Part shown: positions 10,901-20,000 of the stretch, in pieces
Position numbering within the stretch: the stretch's first letter is position 1
How the letters are laid out: each line of letters starts with the position of its first letter
NCBI GenBank assembly: GCA_002245135.1
Contig: NGBS01001192.1
Span: 52,845 to 72,844 of the forward strand
Direction: 5' to 3'
Source of the DNA: Proteromonas lacertae
Lineage: Eukaryota
Length of the DNA stretch: 20,000 bases
Position numbers and translations under genes: made by a program
The notes under the pieces: generated by a model
Databases searched by the model: none
What the model was told of the DNA's origin: nothing
What the model saw: only the letters and a program-made list of their open reading frames with translations

Positions 10901-13900
10901 AAGGGTTAAGATATTCCCATACAGCGTCATCTGTAATAATTGATTCAAAATTAAATTCAATCTCTTTTTCTATTTCATTTAAACTCCATCTACCCATATT
11001 TATATTATTAAATATTATCTCAATATAACTACTTCCCCAACCATTCAAACTACTCAAATCTTTCATTATTAATGTATATTTTCCATCTTTTATACAATAT
11101 TTATTCTGATAATAATTGTTACTTCTCAAATCTGAGCCTTCTTTTAAGTAATTGAACTCTCTATTTTCGTTAAATATATTCGCATATATATTGACATAAT
11201 TATTACTATCAGTTTTTAAGTTAATAATTAAACTGTTTTGATTTGTATTATCACATATTCCAATATTATTACTTTTCAATGTAAGTTTGAATCTACTTTC
11301 ACCAATCGAATTCCTTGCTATAACATCATATTCTGTTGATTCAAACAATGTAAAAGCAGTTCCACTTATAACACCATTCTTATAATTATAACTTAAATCA
11401 TAAGGAAATGAATATGGAGTAATAATCAATTCCTTTATATATCCATATTGTTCAATTGGTTTAATATTTACAATATTTGGTACATCAATAATTATATTAT
11501 TATTATTATTATAATTAATAATTGGTTTTGTTAAGTTAGTATCAATATTATATCGATATATTAATCTAGTACCAGGATGACTCCAAAAATCAATTAAATA
11601 ACCATTCACATAGATTGAATATGTAATTTGATTAGCTGAAAGTATGTTATCTTCAGTTTCAAATACATATTTCTTTCCTTTTAAACAATATGATAATATT
11701 GATGGATTTTGATATGTATTATATGATGTTTGTGGAATTATAACTTTACTATTATCTTCTTCTCCATCATATAATGAGATATAAACCATATCATATGTAT
11801 TATAAGTTCCATTAATAACAAATCTATGTAAGTATTCATTATTACTTATATTACATGTTTTACCATCCTCTAATTCTAAACCTCCTTCAATAATATACTT
11901 AACTTCTAATTGTCTAAAGCCAATTGGATTTGATATATTCAATTGAAAATATCCTTTTGTTGCTCTACAATCTGTAATACATCGTGGATATCCTGTTATT
12001 GTATGATTATATGGATTAAATTCTAACCCATAAGACTTTTCATCTGTATTTATTAAACTCCATTTCATTCCATATAAACAATTAATTTGAATATTTACAT
12101 AATAACCATATTTCATAGTTATTTCATCAGTATGCCAAGTCTCACTAGATTCATCTTTTTTTATATTCATTTCTTTACCTGATACTGCATCATAAACACT
12201 GAAATTAGTTGAAGGAATATCAAACTGAGTAACTGAAATTTTAATTTGAAATTTATATTCACTACTATCACTATATAATCCAACAATTGCGAATTGAATA
12301 GCTTGTTCAGTTGGTTTTGTAGGTTTTCCACTGATTTTTCCAGTATCAGTATTAAACGTTAAACCTTCAGGTAAACTACCATCTAATCTAAATTCTGTTG
12401 GTCTTTTTTCTTCATTCACAATATACATCTGTGAATTAGTAAATTCAATATTATTTGGTATAGTAATAATCATTGGAGAATGATAGAATAAAGTAGATGG
12501 TGGTACATAATACATATATTGTTGACCATCAATAAATTCATTACTATTTGGCAATCTAATTTCAAAATTAAAAATATAAGGTCCCATTGATTTCACATAT
12601 ATTAATTTCATATTAAAATAACCATTTTTAAAATACTTAAATTGAATATTTGTTTTATCATTGATATTATTATAATATCCAGAATTATCAACTATTAATT
12701 CATTATTTATATATAACCAACTACCACCAGTACTATTTAGTTTAAATCCATACATTCCTTCATTTTCTAACTTCAAATAACCATCATAATTAACAGCAAA
12801 ATCTGATAAAAAGTCAGAACTTAAGCCATAACGTAATTCATTTGGATTATTATTGTTATTTATACTCAAATCAGTGACAGGATCTGTTCCAATCGGAGTT
12901 TCTATTCTTTTGATTAATATTTGAATATTGTTGTCATTATTATTATCACTATTATATGGAATTGAACAAGATGGATCAAAACCAATTACTTTCATATATT
13001 TAACTAATGATCCAATCTTATAATTATCCAATACTTTAATGTATAAACTATAAAGTGACGTTTTTGAATATTCACTTTCACATATTAATTGATATTCTTT
13101 TTCATTTTCCATTATTTCAGTTGGAATTCCTTCGATTGTAATGTTTGAAATAATTAAACCATTTGGCAAATTTTCATTGTTTAAAATAGTACATCCTGTA
13201 GAATATCCTTCATAAAAGTTGAATGGTAATTTATTATACGAATTGTAGGAGAAGATGTAATGTGAATGTGCAAATTCAATACTTCTCAATAAATTGAATT
13301 CTTTTGTATCTATTCAAATATAATATAATTATTATTATATATAATACTTGATTGAAATGGTACAAAATACTGTGGTTGTTCTATTTCACTCTCAATTCTT
13401 CTATTCTCATATTTATAAACAAATGAAAAACCATATCTACTCATACCATAAACTTCTAATTTAAACCCATATACTCTTTCATTTAAATCTACAAAACTTC
13501 TAATTTCAGGACTGTTCGCTTTACACGCTTCACTTCCCCAATAACTTATTATTGGGATTTCTCTATTATTATCACTTGGATCGTAGAAATATAATCTACT
13601 TCCATGAGCTGCTGATAAGGTAAATGTGTAAGTACCATCAGTTGGTATTTTTACATACCCTGTGACGTTCATATAAAACATCTCTATACTGTATTCTCTA
13701 ATTGCTGGAATTTGCTTAATAAAGTCATTTCTACTCAGTAACTTATTTACATCAGTCAATTCTCCTGTAAATGTTAATTGTGCTTGTGATACATCTGGAG
13801 GACCATCTGTACATTCGAACATTGGCATTTTGTAGAATATATAGTCTGTTACATTTACTAATTCATAATCTATTCATAGATATAAATAAATTAAAAAATA

Positions 13901-14396
13901 TTATACATTTTGGTATTAATGTAAAAGTGTCAGTTTGTTGTTGTTCCTTATAATTGTAGTTAATTTTCACTGTAACTGGATTTTCACTATAAGGGAATTG
14001 ATTTATTGTTAAATTTCCATTATCACGAGAAACTGTAATGTATTTGACATTAGTTGGTTCAGTAATTACAAAACTATTGATAAATAAAATAATTTCATAT
14101 AATAAATACTCTGATGCACCTTCTAATATACATGAAATTGTTTTGTAAGTGTTGGGATATACATGAATCTCAGAAATGCCATATAAAGATGGTTGATCTA
14201 CGTTTAAAAATATAAAAAATGTTTTATACTGGGATCAGCAATACTGTCATCTATAATCTGTAATGAACGAGTATTTTCATTCAACATTGAAAGATCACCG
14301 TTGACATTGTAAGAATAAACTGTTGATACACCTATATCGAATATATAAAATCCCAATAATACAGTATGTGAGAAATAAAAATGTATAAATCCTCAT
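7966..14396 (-). CDS. Large type I membrane protein (2059 aa) with 2 PA14 domains, ~9 putative Ig (He_PIG/cadherin-like) repeats, a discoidin-like module and 2 HRM-like Cys modules
   Basis: ATG at 14396. Introns 14362-14332, 14229-14198, 14109-14074, 13906-13870, 13347-13310, 8350-8318 and 8257-8214 give a 6180-nt open CDS. Signal peptide MRIYTFLFLTYCVSTVYS. PA14-like segments VTGYVKIPTDGTYTFTLS and FAVNYDGYLKLENEGMYGFKL. Repeated LP.GL..N..TG.ISG motifs. CKRDGEWEET..C..G...R.C..W..C module, then TM ILSVTICTLVVFLVLMVVIVYVLI and KKRKK. TAG at 7968-7966. Confidence 0.92.
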
Positions 14397-14554
14397 TAGT
14401 GATAAAAATCAATAAAATAAACTCATTCAAAATAGATTTGAATGATTTTTATATTCAAAAAATACTATTTGATAAAATCTATTAAGAAAAATGTTACGTT
14501 GTTCAAGTTAGGAATCAAGCTTTTTTGACTGTTTTTTTTCTTATTTATTTATAG
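14397..14554. promoter_or_regulatory. Putative compact bidirectional promoter region
   Basis: Only 158 nt separate the divergent ATGs at 14396 (-) and 14555 (+). Confidence 0.5.
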
Positions 14555-17500
14555 ATGAGTGATAAAGAAAAAAAGCCACATATATTCAGTCCTAAAGATA
14601 TAGATCCAGATCAATTAAAAGCCCTAAGAGGTAAATTCTTAGATCATGCCACTGAAGAATGTGCTGTTGGTTCATTGGATTCAGCAGAATTTTTAGAAGC
14701 ACTTGAAGAAATATTAAATATGGAATTGAATAAGAAACAAATAGGATTTGTATATTATAACCAATTTATCTATTATGAAATAGTTATTTATGAAAATTGA
14801 TGCAAATTCCGATGGAAGAGTAGATTGGAATGAATATACTAACTATATGTTCATCTCAAATGCAGATATTTCTCTAGATCAATCATTTCAACCGGTATTC
14901 AGACAAAAAGATGAAGATGAATATACAAAGCAAAACAATGGGGAAAGAACCAAACAAATGGATCACTTTCACAAGGAGAAAATCGTTAAAATATTTTACT
15001 TTGAAAAAATAAGTAGTTATGTCTCAATCAGTCAAGATGGTATGATTATGGTATGGAAACCTGACACTTTAGAGTATAAATTCACTATTCAAATTCAACA
15101 TTTTGGTGATGCAAAATGGATAATCGATGCTACTGATTTACAAAAGGCGGGACATGTTTGTCTAGCGACAATGGAAAATGGAATATTATTTTTTGATTTG
15201 AATTATGAGAGTGAAAAACCTATAGGAAAGATTGATCGAGCTAATTTCTTACAAGTATGTTATTATATTATGATGTGCATATAGAGCGCTCCAGTTACAT
15301 TGTGTAGTTATTGCGATGATAAAAGTGATGAAGATATCATATTTATGGGAGATGATTCAGGCAAGTATATTATACATCTTATATATATTATGAATTTCAT
15401 ATTTATTTCATCTTATTATTAATATTTCTACCATATTTCCTCTTTTTCTTCCTCATTTAATAATTAATTTACATATATTTATGATTGTAGTGTTCATATA
15501 TACAAATTACGTCATTGGTTATGGCATTGTTGTGATGGTGAATTAGAATGTCACAAAACTGCACAATGGACAGGAATTATAGATTATCACATTAAAGATG
15601 TTCATACTGATCAAATCACATCTATTCACTTTACTCCATTAATTGAATCAATATTAACCAGTAGTTTAGATGGAACTTGTACAGTTATCAATTATGAAAG
15701 AAGGGTTGTGAAAAAAGTTTTCAGAGATCATAAAAATGCACCTTATGATGTACTATGGTGTGACTCAAAAAGAGTATAGTTATTTCTTTGATATTTATAA
15801 TATAATAGTGTGTGATTAGTGGTGGTAGAGATAAAGAGTTGTTAATATGGAATCCGTACAGTGATAATGTTTCTGGCAGTTTGGTTGGACATACTTCACC
15901 TGTAATGAAATTAACATATTGTGAAACTTTAGATAAATTATTATCGTTAGATGTAGATGGAACAAGTATATATATATATATATATATATAATATAGTTCG
16001 TGTATGGGAAATAAAAGAACAAAAGTGTGTACAAATAATCAGTGGAGTATTAACAGAAACATCAGCTTATTACTACGATCCAAAGAGAGAATTATTAATT
16101 ACAGGTTTTAAGAAGTTGAATATGTATGGATTATTACATCCAACCATCAACAATAATACAACTACACATTTATCAGCTGTTGTAGCAACACTATATAATC
16201 GATGTATATTATTATATATTATTTTTTGAATAGATTTTGATCAAATTTTAACTTGTGATAATATTGGTAATATAATGGTTTGGGATTCTACAACAGGTCA
16301 AATCATCTCCGCTTACAATACCAATGAGAATTCTGCAATTGAAGATAATAATGAATTTACAGCAATTACCTCCTGTTGTTTTGATTTTACTGGAAGAAGG
16401 TTAATTGTAGGCTTTCACACTGGAGATGCTGTAAGAATATATAACTTCAGTTCTGGTGGATTAATTACAGAATTATTAAAACCTTGGAGTTACAATGATA
16501 TTAAACTAATCGACAATATTGAAAGCCAAAGAGATAAAAATGTAGTAAGTGAAATTAGTAGCTTGTTATACATTCATTTTCCTAACAAAACCGATAATGA
16601 AATCTGTCAAATTGTAGCTGGTGGTTGGGATAGTACGCTTTATATATGGAATGATACAATGGGCGAATCTGAAAGAGATGGTTTTTATCGTAAATTACCT
16701 AATAAAAGAGATATATTAGATAGTCATACTGAAGATGTTTCTGCTTTATGTTCAATTCCACCAAAATATTTAGCGAGTGGTGGTTTGGATGGAATTATTA
16801 TATTTTGGAATGTTTGGGGTGGTAGTATTGAAGCAAGATGGAAACTAGATGCTTCTGTTGAACAATTATTGTATATTTTATTATTAATTTCTTCTTTTTT
16901 TAATCATTATTTTTGTCTTTTTAATCTTTTACTTACTTGTTTATATATATATATATATATATAATTATTTAATAGATTATTAAAGAAATATCAAATCCTA
17001 GTCGCTGCAAGAAGTGATGGTATAGCAAGTATGTTTAATGTTGTTACACTCAATCATTTAATTGATATAAAGTTCTACCCAAGAGGTGAAAATATCACTT
17101 GTATTAAAGCATGTCCAAGAGAAGATTATTTAGTTTTAGGTGATAGTTTTGGTGCAATAAAAGTGTATAAAATGTATGATCCAACTCAATTCCCAACATT
17201 TTTACAATTATATTCGTATTTCCAAGCTCATGATCAGCCAATTACTTCAATTGATATTATTGATAGTGATGAGATATTATTTAATTATATAATCAGTGGA
17301 AGTGGTGATAATAATGTCAATATATGGAGTTTAGAAGGAAGTGAAGTTGCTACACTTGGACAAGTGAAAGAATGGGATTATGGTGATAGAAAGACTTGGA
17401 AAGATGATGTATATATTATTATTATTATCTATATCTTTATAGCATGATATGATAGTGGATGAAAATGACATGTCTAAACCAGATTGTCCTTTCAAAGACT

Positions 17501-18642
17501 GTTATACCTTCCCATCTCCCTATTTTATGAATTACAATGAAGATATGTTAGAACAATTACGTCTTACCAAACAAGCCTTTATCGAGTCACAATTAAAACC
17601 TCAGCCTCGAGATATTTGGTATAAAATGGCAGATGATGAGTTGAACTTGGTTATATGCGTTATAAAAATAGATTATAGAAAATCATTAGTGATTGGATAT
17701 GACTGTTTATTAGATTTTGATAAATATGGAGAACAACCAATAGCAACAATTGCAATGGGTGAGTTTAAAGTGAATAAAAGTGGAGAGTGTAGTTGGAAAA
17801 GAAATAATGATTTAAGTAACAAGATGGGTATGATTTGTACTGAAAAGTATAAAAGTAAAGATAAAGAGGATAATGAAATTGAATTGGAAAGAAAATATAA
17901 AGTGAAGAGTGTTTTTTATAATAAAGAAACGAAAGAATATACTTTAATTGATACTAAAAATAAATTTCATAAGAATTTTGAAATTAAAAAATCTAAACAA
18001 GAAAATGAAAAGAAAAATGATGGAAATACATCACAAACAAATGAAGAAGAAGGAGAAGGAGGAGAAGATGAAGACCAAGAAAATCTGTTGAATAATGTCA
18101 GTAAAAAATCAAGCAGGAATGGCTCCAATAAAAAGCCTGAATTACCAATAATTCCGTTGAAAAAGTTGAATAATGGTAATGATATTGAAAGAAAACCATT
18201 TGATCGATATGATGATGAATATAATAAACTATTTAATACACCACTCTTTGCTCCTATCCCATCTAATCGAATATCAGTTCCATCAATGGCTTTGAAATTA
18301 AATTTAGAGAATAAAGATGTAAAATTGAATTGCATGATCAGCTGTAGGAATATTCCCATTTCAATGCCAATATATAACACAATTAGTAAAAGTGCAAGGT
18401 TAAGTAGTGAAACTGATGAGAATAGTGAAAATAGTTGTAAGAATGGTGAAAGTAGTGGTAATGGGGGTGGAGGTGGTAATATCATTAGTAATAGAAGAGG
18501 AAGGATTATTAGAGAGAAATATTTCAAAGATAATAGAAAAATGCAGAAAATAGATGAGAGCATTCATGTTGAATTTAAAGTATTGAAAGATCAGTTGAAA
18601 TTACCAACAATTGGACATAGAGTGAATAATCCCTTTCTATAG
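14555..18642 (+). CDS. EF-hand + WD40 repeat protein, WDR49/CFAP337/EFCAB8/WDY-like, 1220 aa, 8 introns
   Basis: Introns 14750-14783, 15255-15284, 15365-15490, 15774-15808, 15966-15996, 16204-16233, 16871-16975 and 17409-17442 give a 3663-nt open CDS. The N-terminal LFMKIDANSDGRVDWNEYTNYM EF-hand is typical of this family. WD repeats include ISGGRDKELLIWNPY, LVGHTSPV, GTIRVWEI, LASGGLDGIIIFWN, FQAHDQPITSID and ISGSGDNNVNIWSLEG..LGQ..W. Low-complexity C-terminal tail. Confidence 0.88.
15967..15990. repeat. (TA)n microsatellite making up most of a 31-nt intron
   Basis: Intron 15966-15996 consists of G, a TA run and ATATAG. Confidence 0.85.
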
Positions 18643-18854
18643 TTTGTTATATAATTTATGTTTTAATTATTTTTATTACTGTTGAGGTGGGAATTGAGTA
18701 TTTTGTTTAATGACAATAAAAATATATCTAATTTTCCTTCTTAACATCATTATTTGTTGGAATGAGTAATTATTCCTAAAAAAACAAATGAATACCAGAT
18801 ATAATATTTATAACTGATATTCTCAAGCCTAAAACTCACAAGCCATTTTAGAAA

Positions 18855-19197
18855 ATGAAATTTTTTATTGTTGCTGTGATATGTGTTTTCTGTAGTTTTT
18901 GTACTGCCACAGAGGTAGTAAAAAATCAGGGGGGTGTATATACAGAAAATGAGCTGACAAATGCCTTCACTACAATTTTCTGCAACGAAGTAGAAAGTGA
19001 CAAAGAAGCTGCTTATGTTAAAAGCTTAGATTATTCCAGAGAAGGAAATATCGAAAAGCAAATTTGTGAAGAAGAAGATCAAGAGATTAATTTGAAATGG
19101 AAAAACTGTGGATTGTTCAACATCGTTACCACAAACATTTTTTTAAGCGTCACATGTAAGATAGCTATAAACCTTATGTTGAAAGCAATTCTGCCAT
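18855..19197 (+). CDS. Small secreted Cys-containing protein (~114 aa); 3' end proposed at T19197 with the stop completed by poly(A)
   Basis: Signal peptide MKFFIVAVICVFCSFCTA. There is no in-frame stop before the next gene. Codon-initial T19197 is followed by 5 nt and then an exact TGTTTGTT at 19203-19210. Alternative model: read-through fusion with the downstream mucin gene. Confidence 0.55.
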
Positions 19198-19202
19198 TAG
19201 TG

Positions 19203-19210
19203 TGTTTGTT
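19203..19210 (+). promoter_or_regulatory. TGTTTGTT polyadenylation-directing element
   Basis: Exact octamer lying between the small secreted ORF and the mucin gene. Confidence 0.6.
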
Positions 19211-19262
19211 TTTGATAAACAAAGTATCAATTAGTGTAAGCAAAAATAAAGGTAATAAGAAA

Positions 19263-20000
19263 AGTATATATATTTTATATTATATATTTTTGATTAGTGT
19301 TGATAATAATCTTGATAATCTGTTCATTAAGTGTATGTAGATGTAGTGAGATAAGAGATGATAAAGAGAAAGTTTATTTCCTTCAAAATCAAGAATCTCC
19401 TGTAGAAGAAACAACAACAACACCAAAAGCTGAAGAAGCAACAACAACTCCTAAAATAGAAGAAACAACCACAACACCAAAAAAGCACGCAGGAAACTAC
19501 AACTCCTAAAGCTGAAGAAGACAACAAAATCTAAAATAGAAAAACAACAACTCCTAAAATAGAAGAAAAACAACACAACACCTAAGTGAAGCCCCCTATA
19601 GAAGAAACAACAAACTCCTAAAATAGAAGAAACAACAACAACACAAAAGCAGAGGAATAATCTAGTGAGAACAACAACTCTAAAAGCTAGAAGAAACAAC
19701 ACAACCAAGAAGAACAACACAAAAAGAGAGGAAAACCTACAACTCTAAAGCTGAAGAAACAACAACACTCCTAAATAGAAGAAACTCCACAACACCTAAG
19801 GTTGAAGAAACAACAACAACTCCTAAAATAGAAGAAACAACAACAACACAAAAGTAGAGGAACTACAAAAGCTGAAGAAACAACAACAACTCCTAAAATA
19901 GAGAAACAACCACAACACCTAAGGTTGAAGAAACAACAACAACTCCTAAAATAGAAGAAACAACAACAACACCAAAAGCAGAGGAAACTACAACTCCTAA
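19263..20000 (+). CDS. Secreted mucin-like Thr/Glu/Pro-rich repeat protein; runs off the window end; frameshifted within the array
   Basis: Removing intron 19264-19297 (GTATAT...GATTAG, 34 nt) joins A19263 to TG, giving MLIIILIICSLSVCRCSEIRDDKEKVYFLQNQESPVEETTTTPKAEEATTTPKIEETTTTPK. This is a signal peptide followed by repeats. Confidence 0.7.
19405..20000 (+). repeat. Coding minisatellite with a ~27-nt unit (GAAGAAACAACAACAACTCCTAAAATA; EETTTTPK[I/A/V]) and a ~130-nt higher-order period
   Basis: Directly visible tandem units with many single-base indels. A variant GCAGAGGAAACTAC unit recurs near 19486, 19649, 19726, 19854 and 19978. Confidence 0.92.

Noticed and set aside
17967..18563. 198-aa antisense ORF
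   Set aside because: It is the L/S/F/P-rich shadow of the purine-rich low-complexity tail of the WD40 gene and has no recognisable motifs.
19205..19223. Small hairpin TTTGTTT-N5-AAACAAA
   Set aside because: A 7-bp AT-rich stem is expected by chance at this base composition.
19405..20000. CRISPR-like or telomeric array
   Set aside because: The units are contiguous with no unique spacers and encode Thr-rich peptide; the context is eukaryotic and there are no cas genes.

Overview
Gene-dense, very AT-rich eukaryotic nuclear DNA with many tiny GTAT...TAG spliceosomal introns (mostly 30-49 nt). The intron size, the gene content and the TGTTTGTT elements downstream of genes point to an AT-rich Blastocystis-like stramenopile; this taxonomic call is inference. 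After manual splicing the window holds about 8 genes: (1) the 3' end of a Sig1/mastigoneme-like EGF protein; (2) a YeeE/YedE sulfur-compound transporter; (3) a secreted, probably GPI-anchored protein built from ~400-aa repeats I do not recognise; (4) a divergent kinase fused to TPRs encoded on modular 111-nt phase-0 exons; (5) a 2059-aa PA14/Ig-like type I membrane protein on the minus strand; (6) an EF-hand+WD40 WDR49/CFAP337-like protein; (7) a small secreted protein that may lack a genomic stop and get UAA from polyadenylation; (8) a mucin-like EETTTTPK repeat gene whose ATG is split by an intron. Unexplained frameshifts in genes 1, 3 and 8 are most simply assembly indels.
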